Shown here one piece after another: positions 1 to 11,500 of a stretch of 64,000 bases of DNA. Below the pieces are notes generated by a model. That model had not been told where the DNA came from, made no database searches, and worked only from the letters and a program-made list of their open reading frames with translations. The translations under genes were made by a program, and so were the position numbers. The stretch covers positions 332,052 to 396,051 of the forward strand of contig OZ241738.1 in the NCBI GenBank assembly GCA_965200925.1, written 5' to 3'. Position 1 is the stretch's first letter. Each line of letters opens with the position of its first letter. This DNA comes from Alphaproteobacteria bacterium (GTDB taxonomy: Bacteria > Pseudomonadota > Alphaproteobacteria > UBA828).

Positions 1-3000
1 GCCGTTACCGTGGAGACGCCGCCGTTCTCGCCGACGGTCGCGGGCACGAGCACCAGCGCCACCGTCGGCAGCGTCTCGTCGTCCGTCAGCGTCAGGGTCA
101 CGTTCGACGGATTGGCCACCCCGTTGCCGCCCGCCGCGGTGCCCGAGACCGTCACCGACTTGTTCGGCGAATCCACCGCGTTGCCGTTCGCCCTCACCGT
201 CACCAGGCCCGCGCTGGTGGTCGCGTTGGCCGCGATCGTCAAAGTCTTCGCACTCGACAGGGTGAAGTCCGCCGCCACCGCGCCGGTTCCGGCGGCCGCC
301 CCCACAGTCACCGTCACCGCCGCGCTCGACTTGCCCGTAAGCGTCGCCGTCACTGTCGCCACCCCGCCCGTCTCCGAAATCGATGTGGAAGAGAGCGCCA
401 GCGCAACCGTCGGCAGCGTCTCGTCGTCCGTCAGCGTCAGCGTCACGTCCGGCGAGGCCGCGACCCCGTTGCCACCCGCCGCGGTTCCCGAGACCGTCAC
501 AGACTTGTCCGGCGAATCCACCGCGTTGCCGTTCGCCCTCACCGTCACCAGGCCCGTGCTGATGGTCGCGTTGGCCGCGATCGTCAAAGTCTTCGCACTC
601 GACAGGGTGAAGTCCGCCGCCACCGCGCCGGTTCCGGCGGCCGCCCCCACAGTCACCGTCACCGCCGCGCTCGACTTGCCCGTAAGCGTCGCCGTCACCG
701 TCGCCACCCCGCCCGTCTCCGAAATCGATGTGGAAGAGAGCGCCAGCGCAACCGTCGGCAGCGTCTCGTCGTCCGTCAGCGTCAGCGTCACGTTCGACGG
801 ATTGGCGACCCCGTTGCCACCCGCCGCAGTTCCCGAAACCGTCACCGACTTGTCCGGCGAATCCACCGCGTTGCCGTTCGCCCTCACCGTCACCAGGCCC
901 GCGCTCGTCGTCGAACCCGCCGCGATCGTCAAAGTCTTCGCACTCGACAGGGTGAAGTCCGCCGCCACCGCGCCGGTTCCGGCGGCCGCCCCCACAGTCA
1001 CCGTCACCGCCGCGCTCGACTTGCCCGTAAGCGTCGCCGTCACCGTCGCCACCCCGCCCGTCTCCGTAATCGACGAATCGGAGAGCGCCAGCGCAACCGT
1101 CGGCAAGGCGTCATCGTCCTCCAACGTCAGCGTCACGTCCGGCGGGGCCGCGACCCCGTTGCCGCCCGCCGCGGTTCCCGAGACCGTCACCGACTTGTCC
1201 GGCGAATCCACCGCGTTGCCCACCGCCGTCACCGTCACCAGGCCCGTGCTGGTGGTCGCGTTGGCCGCGATCGTCAAGGTCTTCGCCGCGCTCAGGTCGA
1301 AGTCCGCCGCAACCGCCCCGCTCCCCGCCGCCGCAGCCACCGTCACCGTCACCGCTTCGCTCGACGGACCCGTAAGCGTCGCCGTCACAGTGGAGATGCC
1401 GCCGTTCTCGCCGACGGTCGGGGGCGTAAGCACCAGCGCCACCGTCGGCAAGGCGTCGTCGTCCTCCAGCGTCAGCGTCACGTTCGGCGGGGTCGCGACC
1501 CCGTTGCCGCCCGCCGCGGCGCCCGAAACCGTCACCGACTTGTTCGGCGAATCCACCGCGTTGCCCACCGCCGTCACCGTCACCAGGCCCGCGCTCGTCG
1601 TCGCCCCGGCCGAGATCGTTAGAGTCGTCGCGCTCGACAGATCGAAGTCCGCGGCGACCGCGCCGGTCCCGGCGGCCGCCCCCACCGTCACCGTCACCGC
1701 TGCGCTCGACGCGCCCGAAAGTGTCGCCGTCACCGTTGCAACCCCGCTCGTCTCCGAAATCGACGAGGCAGAGAGCGCCAGCGCAACCGTCGGCAGCGTC
1801 TCGTCGTCTTCCAGCGTCAGCGTCACGTTCGGCGGCGTCGCGACGCCGTTGCCGCCCGCTGCGGTTCCCGTGACCGTCACCGACTTGTTCGGCGAATCCA
1901 CCGTGTTGCCGTTCGCCGTCACCGTCACCAAGCCCGCGCTCTCCGTCGAACCCGCCGCGATCGTCAGAGTCGTCGCCGTGCTCAAGGTGAAGTCGCCCGA
2001 GACCGCGCCGGTCCCCGCGGCGGCCGCCACGGTCACCGTCACCGCTGCGCTCGACGCCCCCGTAAGCGTCGCCGTCACCGTCGCAACCCCGCTCGTCTCC
2101 GAAATCGACGAGGCGGAGAGCGCCAGCGCCACCGTCGGCAAGGCGTCGTCGTCCTCCAGCGTCAGCGTCACGTTCGGCGGGTTCGCCACATTGTTGCCCC
2201 CCGCCGCCGCGCCCGAGACCGTCACCGACTTGTTCGGCGAATCCACCGCGTTCCCGTTCGCCCTCACCGTCACCAAGCCCGTGCTCTCCGTCGAACCCGC
2301 CGCGATGGTCAGAGTCGTCGCCGTGCTCAAGGTGAAGTCGCCCGAGACCGCGCCGGTCCCCGCGGCCGCAGCCACCGTCACCGTCACCGCTTCGCTCGAC
2401 GCACCCGAAAGCGTCGCCGTCACCGTCGAGACGCCGCCCGTCTCCGAAATCGACGAGGCGGAGAGCGCCAGCGCCACCGTCGGCAGCGTCTCGTCGTCTT
2501 CCAGGGTCAGGGTCACGTTCGGCGGATTGGCGACGCCGTTGCCGCCCATCGCGGCGCCCGAGACCGTCACCGACTTGTTCGGCGAATCCACCGTGTTGCC
2601 GTTCGCCGTCACCGTCACCAAGCCCGCGCTCGTCGTCTCCCCCGCCGCGATGGTCAATGTCTTCGCCGTGCTCAAGGCGAAGTCCGCCCCGACCGCGCCA
2701 CTCCCGGCGGCCGCTCCCACCGTCACCGTCACCGCTTCGCTCGACGCACCCGAAAGCGTCGCCGTCACCGTCGAAACCCCGCCCGTCTCCGAAATCGACG
2801 AGGCGGAGAGCGCCAGCGCCACCGTCGGCAAGGCGTCGTCGTCCGTCAGCGTCAACGTCACGTTCGGCGGCGCCGCGACGCCGTTACCGCCCACCGCAGT
2901 TCCCGAGACCGTCACCGACTTGTTCGGCGAATCCACCGTGTTGCCGTTCGCCGTCACCGTCACCAGACCCGCGCTCGTCGTCTCCCCCGCCGCGATGGTC

Positions 3001-6000
3001 AGTGTCTTCGCCGTGCTCAAGGCGAAGTCCGCCCCGACCGCGCCACTCCCGGCGGCCGCCCCCACCGTGATCGTCACCGCCTCGCTCGACTTGCCCGTAA
3101 GCGTCGCCGTCACCGTCGAAACCCCGCCCGTCTCCGAAATCGACGGGTCGGAGAGCGCCAGCGCAACCGTCGGCAAGGCGTCATCGTCCTCCAACGTCAG
3201 CGTCACGTCCGGCGGGGCCGCGACACTGTTGCCGCCCGCCGCGGTTCCCGAGACCGTCACCGACTTGTCCGGCGAATCCACCGCGTTGCCCACCGCCGTC
3301 ACCGTCACCAGGCCCGTGCTGGTGGTCGCGCTGGCCGCGATCGTCAAAGTCTTCGCACTCGACAGGGTGAAGTCCGCCGCCACCGCGCCGGTCCCGGCGG
3401 CCGCAGCCACCGTCACCGTCACCGCTTCGCTCGACGGGCCGGAGAGCGTCGCCGTCACCGTCGAGATACCCCCTGTCTCAGAGATCGACGTGTCGGAGAG
3501 CGCCAGCGCAACCGTCGGCAAGGCGTCGTCGTCCTCCAGCGTCAGCGTCACGTTCGGCGGGGCCGCGACGCCGTTGCCGCCCGCCGCGGTCCCCGAGACC
3601 GTCACCGACTTGTTCGGCGAATCCACCGAGTTGCCCACCGCCGTCACCGTCACCAAGCCCGCGCTCGTCGTCGATCCCGCCGCGATGGTCAGCGTCGTTG
3701 CCGTGCTCAAGGTGAAGTCGCCTGACACCGCCCCGCTCCCGGCGGCCGCCCCCACCGTCACCGTCACCGCGGCGCTCGATGGGCCGGAGAGCATCGCCGT
3801 CACCGTCGCAACCCCGCTCGTCTCCGAAATCGACGAATCGGAGAGCGCCAGCGCAACCGTCGGCAGTGCGTCGTCGTCCGTCAGCGTCAACGTCACGTTC
3901 GGCGGGGCCGCGACCCCGTTGCCGCCCGCCGCCGCGCCCGAGACCGTCACCGATTTGTTCGGTGAATCCACATCGTTGCCGTTCGCCGTCACCGTCACCA
4001 AGCCCGCGCTCGTCGTCGAACCCGCCGCGAAGGTCAGAGTCGTCCCCGTGCTCAGGGCGAAGTCCGCCGCGACCGCGCCGGCTCCGGCGGCCGCTCCCAC
4101 CATCACCGTCACCGCAGCACTCGACGGACCCGTAAGCGTCGCCGTCACCGTCGAAACCCCGCCCGTCTCCGAAATCGACGAATCGGAGAGTGCCAGCGCA
4201 ACCGTCGGCAGCGTCTCGTCGTCTTCCAGCGTCAACGTCACGTTCGGCGGATTCACGACGCCGTTGCCGCCCGCCGACGTCCCCGAGACCGTCACCGACT
4301 TGTTCGGCGAATCCACCGCGTTGCCGTTCGCCGTCACCGTCACCAAGCCCGCGCTCGTCGTCTCCCCGGCCGCGATAGTCAAAGTCTTCACGCTCGACAG
4401 GGTGAAGTCCGCCGCGACCGCGTCGGTCCCCGCGGCCGCCGCCACCGTCACCGTCACCGCAGCGCTCGACGGACCCGTAAGCGTCGCCGTCACCGTCGAA
4501 ACCCCGCCCGTCTCCGAAATCGACGAATCGGAGAGCGCCAGCGCGACCGTCGGCAAGGCGTCATCGTCCTCCAGCGTCAACGTCACGTTCGGCGGCGCCG
4601 CGACGCCGTTACCCCCCGCGACCGTACCCGAGACCGTCACCGACTTGTCCGGCGAATCCACCGAGTTGCCGTTCGCCGTCACCGTCACCAAGCCCGTGCT
4701 GGTGGTCGCGTTGGCCGCGATGGTCAGCGTCTTCGCCGTGCTCAAGGCGAAGTCCGCGCCGACCGCGCCGGTTCCGGCGGCCGCCGCCACCGTCACCGTC
4801 ACCGCAGCGCTCGACGGACCCGAAAGCGTCGCTGTCACCGTCGAAACCCCGCTCGTCTCCGAAATCGACGAATCGGAGAGCGCCAGCGCCACCGTCGGCA
4901 AGGCGTCGTCGTCGGCGATGGTCAGCGTCCGGGCGACCGGCTGCTGCACGCCCTGGTCGTTGACCGCCGTTCCCGAAACCGTCGCCTGCCGGTTCGGCGC
5001 GTCGGTGTCGTCGTCCACCGCCGCCACCGTCACCGTGCCGCTGCTGGTCGTCGCCCCGGCCGCGATGGTCAGCGTGGCCGCACTCGACAGGGTGAAGTCC
5101 GCCGCGACCGCGCCCGTCGACGCTACCGGCGCGACCGACACCGTGATCGTCGTCGCCGCACTCGACACCCGGTTCAGCGTCGCCGTCACCGCCGCCGTGC
5201 TCCCCGTCCCGCTCTCGTCGATGGTCGAAGGCGTCAACACCAGCGTCACCGTCGGCGGACCCTCGTCGTCGCGAATGGTCAGCGTCACGCCCGACGGCGC
5301 CGCCGCCCCGTTGCCGCCCGCCGCCGTTGCCGACACGCGCACCTCGATGTCCGGCTCGTCGGCGGCGTTGTCGTTCGCCGTCACCGTCACCGTGCCCGTG
5401 CTGACGGTGGCCCCGGCCGCGATGGTCAGCTTCGTCGTGCTCGACAGGGCGAAGTCCCCCGACACCGCGCCGGTCGACGCCACCGGAGCGGCCGACACCG
5501 TGAGCGTCACCGCCGCGCTCGACTTGCCCGAGAGCGTCGCCGTCACCGTGGAGACGCCGCCGTTCTCGCCGACGGTCGATGGCATGAGCACCAGCGCCAC
5601 CGTCGGCAAGGTATCGTCGTCCGTCAGCGTCAGCGTCACGTCCGGCGGCACCGCCACCCCGTTGCCGCCCGCCGCGGTTCCCGAGACCGTCACCGACTTG
5701 TTCGGCGAATCCACGTCGTTGCCGTTCGCCGTCACCGTCACCAGGCCCGCGCTCGTCGTCGATCCCGCCGCGATGGTCAGAGTCTTCGCCGTGCTCAAGG
5801 TGAAGTCCGCCGCGACCGCCCCGGCCCCCGCGGCCGCAGCCACCGTCACCGTCACCGCCTCGCTCGATTTGCCCGTAAGCGTCGCCGTCACCGTCGAAAC
5901 TCCGCCCGTCTCCGAAATCGACGCGTCGGAGAGCACCAGCGCAGCCATCGGCAGCGTCTCGTCGTCGGTCAGCGTCAACGTCGCGCCGGTCACCGCCCCC

Positions 6001-9000
6001 GTCCCTTGGCCGTTGGCCAGCACCGCCGTCACTGTCGCGCTGCGCCCCGCGCTCCCCTGGTGGATGCTATCGTCCACCGCCGTGACCAACACCGTGTCCG
6101 AGGCCGCCGTGGTTGACCCCGCCGCAATCGTGATCGTCGCGTCCGTTCCCACCGTGTAGGAACCCGAGACCCCCTGCACCGTCACCGTCGAAGGCTCGCT
6201 CGATGGGTGCGACAAGGTGGCCGTCACCGTCGATACCCCGCCGTTCTCCGAGACCGATGTCGGGTTCAGCGACAGCGTCACCCCCGGCGCCGCGTCGTCG
6301 TCCTCCAGCGTCAGCGTCACGTCCGGCGGGGCCGTGACCCCGTTGCCGCCCGCCGCGGTGCCCGAAATCGTCACCGACTTGTTCGGCGAATCCACCGAGT
6401 TGCCGTTCGCCGTCACCGTCACTTCGCCGACGCTCGTCGTCGCCCCGGCCGCGATGGTCAGAGTCGTCCCCGTGCTCAGGGCGAAGTCCGCCGCGACCGC
6501 CCCGCTCCCGGCGGCCGCCCCCACCGTCACCGTCACCGCGGCGCTTGATGGGCCGGAGAGCGTCGCCGTCACCGTCGAAACCCCGCCCGTCTCCGTAATC
6601 GACGAATCGGAGAGCGCCAGCGCGACCGTCGGCAAGGCGTCGTCGTCCTCCAGCGTCAACGTCACGTTCGGCGGCGCCGCGACGCCGTTACCCCCCGCGA
6701 CCGTACCCGAGACCGTCACCGACTTGTCCGGCGAATCCACCGAGTTGCCGTTCGCCGTCACCGTCACCAAGCCCGTGCTGGTGGTCGCGTTGGCCGCGAT
6801 GGTCAGCGTCTTCGCCGTGCTCAAGGCGAAGTCCGCGCCGACCGCGCCGGTTCCGGCGGCCGCCGCCACCGTCACCGTCACCGCAGCGCTCGACGGACCC
6901 GAAAGCGTCGCCGTCACCGTCGCAACCCCGCTCGTCTCCGAAATCGACGAATCGGAGAGCGCCAGCGCCACCGTCGGCAAGGCGTCGTCGTCGGCGATGG
7001 TCAGCGTCCGGGCGACCGGCGGCTGCACGCCCTGGTCGTTGACCGCCGTTCCCGAAACCGTCGCCTGCCGGTTCGGCGCGTCCGTGTCGTTGTCCACCGC
7101 CGCCACCGTCACCGTGCCGCTGCTGGTCGTCGCGCCCGCCGCGATGGTCAACGTGTTCGCGCTCGACAGCGTGTAGTCGCCCGCCGCCGCCCCGGTCGAG
7201 GCCACCGGCGCGACCGACACCGTGATCGTCGTCGCCGCGCTCGACGCCCGGTTCAGCGTCGCCGTCACCGACGCCGTGCTGCCCGTCCCGCTCTCGTCGA
7301 TGGTCGAAGGCGTCAACGCCAGCGTCACCGTCGGCGGACCCTCGTCGTCGCGGATGGTCAGCGTCACCGCCGACGGCGCCGCCGCCCCGTTGCCCCCCGC
7401 CGCCGTCGCCGACACGCGCACCTCGATGTCCGGCTCGTCGGCGGCGTTGTCCTGCGCCGTCACCGTCACCGTGCCCGTGCTGACGGTGGCCCCGGCCGCG
7501 ATGGTGAGCTTCGTCGTGCTCGACAGCGCGAAGTCCCCCGACACCGCGCCCGTCGACGCCACCGGGGCAGCCGACACCGTGAGCGTCACCGCCGCGCTCG
7601 ACTTGCCCGAGAGCGTCGCCGTCACCGTCGAGACACCGCCGTTCTCGCCGACGGTCGCGGGCGTGAGCACCAGCGCCAGCGTCGGCAAGGCGTCGTCGTC
7701 CGTCAGCGTCAGCGTCACGTTCGACGGATTGGCGACGCCGTTGCCGCCCGCCGCGGTTCCCGAGACCGTCACCGACTTGCTGGGCGAATCGACGTCGTTG
7801 CCGTTCGCCGTCACCGTCACCAAGCCCGCGCTCTCCGTCGACCCGGCCGCGATGGTCAGCGTCGTTGCGCCCGACAGGGTGAAGTCCGCGGCGACCGCGC
7901 CGGTCCCCGCGGCCGCAGCCACCGTCACCGTCACAGCAGCGCTCGACGCACCCGACAACCGCGCCGTCACCGTCGCCACCCCGTTCGTCTCCGCAATCGA
8001 CGACGGCGTGAGCGCCAGCGAAACCGTCGGCAGCGTCTCGTCGTCGGTCAGTGTCAACGTCGCGCCGGTCACCGCCCCCGCCCCCTGGCCGTTGGCCAGC
8101 GCCGCCGTCACTGTCGCGCTGCGCCCCGCGCTCCCCTGGTGGATGCTATCGTCCACCGCCGTGACCAACACCGTGTCCGAGGCCGCCGTGGTTGACCCCG
8201 CCGCAATCGTGATCGTCGCGTCCGTTCCCACCGTGTAGGAACCCGAGACCCCCTGCACCGTCACCGTCGAAGGCTCGCTCGATGGGTGCGACAAGGTGGC
8301 CGTCGCCGTCGACACCCCGCCGTTCTCCGAGACCGATGTCGGGTTCAGCGACAGCGTCACCCCCGGCGCCGCGTCGTCGTCCTCCAGCGTCAGCGTCACG
8401 TCCGGCGGGGCCGCGACCCCGTTGCCGCCCGCCGCGGTGCCCGAAATCGTCACCGACTTGTTCGGCGAATCCACCGCGTTACCGTTCGCCCTCACCGTCA
8501 CTTCGCCGACGCTCGTCGTCGCCCCGGCCGCGATCGTCAGCGTCGTCCCCGACTGCGTGAAGTCCGCCGCCACCGCCCCGCTCCCCGCCGCAGCCGCCAC
8601 GGCCACCGTCACCGCCGCGCTCGACTTGCCCGTAAGCGTCGCCGTCACCGTCGAAACCCCGCCCGTCTCCGAAATCGACGAGTCCGAAAGCATCAGCGCA
8701 ACCGTCGGCAGCGTCTCGTCGTCCTCCAGCGTCAACGTCACGTTCGGCGGATTCGCGACGCCATTGCCGCCCGCCGCGGCGCCCGAGACCGTCACCGACT
8801 TGTTCGGCGAATCCACGGCGTTGCCGTTCGCCCTCACCGTCACTTCGCCTGCGCTCGTCGTCGCCCCGGCCGCGATGGTCAGAGTCGTCCCGGATTGCGT
8901 GAAGTCCGCCGCGACCGCCCCGGCCCCCGCAGCCGCAGCCACCGTCACCGTCACCGCTGCGCTCGACGCACCCGACAGCCGCGCTGTCACCGTGGAGATG

Positions 9001-11500
9001 CCGCCCGTCTCCGAAATCGAGGTGGAAGAGAGCGCCAGCGCCACCGTCGGCAAGGCGTCGTCGTCCCCCAGGGTCAGCGTCACGTTCGGCGGCGCCGCCA
9101 CCCCGTTGCCACCCGCCGCGGTTCCCGAGACCGTCACCGACTTGTTCGGCGAATCCACAGCGTTGCCGTTCGCCGTCACCGTCACCAGGCCCGCGCTCGT
9201 CGTCTCCCCGGCCGCGATAGTCAAAGTCTTCGCGCTCGACAGGGTGAAGTCCGCCGCGACCGCCCCGGTCCCGACGGCCGCTCCCACCGTCACCGTCACC
9301 GCCTCGCTCGACTTGCCCGTAAGCGTCGCCGTCACCGTCGAGATGCCCCCCGTCTCCGAAATCGACGAATCGGAGAGCGCCAGCGCCACCGTCGGCAGCG
9401 CCTCGTCGTCCTTCAGCGTCAGCACCGCTCTCGCCGAAGGAGATATAAGGTCAAAGAGGTTGCCGCCCCCGAACGTCCGGGGCCACTCCCTCCTCCCCGG
9501 GTCCCTCGTTAGCCGGAAAGTATAACGCGCGCCCACCATCACCCGACGGTTGCCGCTGTGGACGTCGTTGTCCACCGCGGCGACGGTCACCGCGCCGGCG
9601 CTCACGGTATCCCCCGCCGCGATGGTCAGGGTGTTGGCCGCGCTCCGGCTGTAGTCGCCCGAATGGAAAGCCAACACCCTGATGGTCGTCGGCACGCTCG
9701 ACGGGTGCGAGAGCGCCGCGGTCACCGTCGCCGTGCTGCCCGCGCCGCTTTCGTCGATGGTCGAGGGCGAAAGCGTCAGCTCCACCGTCGGCAAGGCGTC
9801 GTCGTCCTCCAGAATCAGCACCATGAGCCGCGGGTCCGCGACTCCGTTGCCCCCTGCCGCCGCGCCGCGGACCACTATCCGCTTGTGCGACGAATCGACG
9901 TCGTTGCCGTTCGCCGTCACCGTCACTTCGCCAGCGCTCGTCGTCGCCCCGGCCGCTATGGTCAGCGTCGTCCCCGTGCTCAAGGTGAAGTCGCCCGACA
10001 CCGCCCAGGAGCTGCCGGCCGTCACCGTCACCGTCACCGTCACCGCAGCGCTCGACTTGCCCGAAAGCGTCGCCGTCACCGTCGCAATCCCGCCGGTCTC
10101 CGAAATCGACGAATCGGAGAGCGCCAGCGTCGCCGTCGGCAGGGCCTCGTCGTCGGCCAAGGTCAAGGTCGCGTTCGCCGGGTCCGCGACCCCGTTGCCG
10201 CCCGCCGCCGCGCCGGAGACCGTCACCCGCTTGTCCGGCGCGTCCACGTCGTTGTCGCTGGCCGTGATCGTCACCGTCCCGGTGCTCGTCGTGGCGTTCG
10301 CCGCGATGGTCAGCGTCGTGCCCCCGCTCAGGCCGAAGTCGCCCGCCACCGCGCCCGACGCCGCCACCGCCGCCGCCGCGACCGTGACCGTCACCGCCTC
10401 GCTCGACGGGCCGCCCAGCGCCGCGCTCACCGTCGCCACCCCGCCGTTCTCGGCGATCGACGACGACGACAGCACCAGCGAGACCGTGGGCGGGCCGTCG
10501 TCGTCGCGCAGCGTCAGGGTCGCGTCCGGCGGGTCCGCCGCCCCGAGCGTGCCCGACGCCGAACCCTTCACCGTCACCTGCTTGTCCGGCGAATCCATGT
10601 TGTTCGGTTCCGCGGTCACCGTCACCAGGCCCGCACTCGTCGTCTGCCCGGCAGCGACGGTCAGCGTGTTCGCCGTGCTCAGGGTGAAATCGCCGTCCAC
10701 CGCGCCCGTGGACGCCGTCGCCGACACCGCGATCGTCACCGCCTCGGCCGAGGGGTGGCTCAGGGTCGCGGTCACCGTCGCCACGCCGCCCGACTCCGAG
10801 ATCGACGCCGGGGCGAGGGCGAGCGCCGAACTCGGCCGCGAGTCCTCGTCCGCGATGGTCAGGGTCAGGTCCACCGGCGCCGCCACCAGCCCGTAACCGC
10901 CGTCCACCGCCCCGCTCACCGTCACAAACTTGCCCGACGAGTCGATGGCGTCGTCCGTCGCGGTGATCGTCACCGTGCCCGCGCTCGCCTTCCGCCCCGC
11001 GGCGATGGTCAGCGTGTTCGCCGTGCTCAGGCTGAAGTCGCCGTCCACCGCGCCCGTGGACGCCGTCGCCGACACCGTCACCGTGATCGCCTCCCCGGAG
11101 GGAGTGCCGCTCAGGCGCGCCGTCACCGTCGTCGCGTTGCCCGCCCCGCTCTCCCGGATCGTGTACGGGTACGCTATGTACGGGTCCGACAGCATCAGCA
11201 CCAGGATCGGCGTCCCGTCGTCGTCGGTGATCGTCCCCACCCCGGTCGCCGCGCTCCCGAGCACCGCCCCGGAGGGGTTGGACAGCGCGATGCGGATCGT
11301 CTCGTCGGGCTCGTCCAGCGCGTCGCTCGTCACCGTCACCTCGACGGTCTTGCTGGTCTCGGTAGCGGAGAAGGTCAGCGTGCCCCCGGAGAACGCCGTG
11401 TAGTCGGCGCCGGAGGCCGCCGTGCCCGGGTCCGCGGCCGCCGCCCAGTCCACCGTCACCTGCCGGCCCGGCGCCCGGTTCAGGGCCACCACGAAGGGCA
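1..11500 (-). repeat. Tandem Calx-beta-like coding repeats (~345-360 nt units) within adhesin copy A
   Basis: The plus-strand artefact ORFs show the periodicity. Adjacent units are near-identical at the DNA level. Confidence 0.8.

Noticed and set aside
10-6159. A 2049-aa plus-strand ORF across the repeat array. The ORFs 6217..7176, 7222..8238, 8296..9525, 35899..47181, 44474..52063 and 52247..54409 belong with it.
   Set aside because: These are antisense frames of the minus-strand adhesin gene. They are open only because the high-GC repeats lack stop codons. Their Ala/Thr/Val/Pro/Ser-rich products have no signal peptide or barrel, and they restart at every module boundary. The minus-strand frame carries the signal peptide, Calx-beta motifs and autotransporter barrel.
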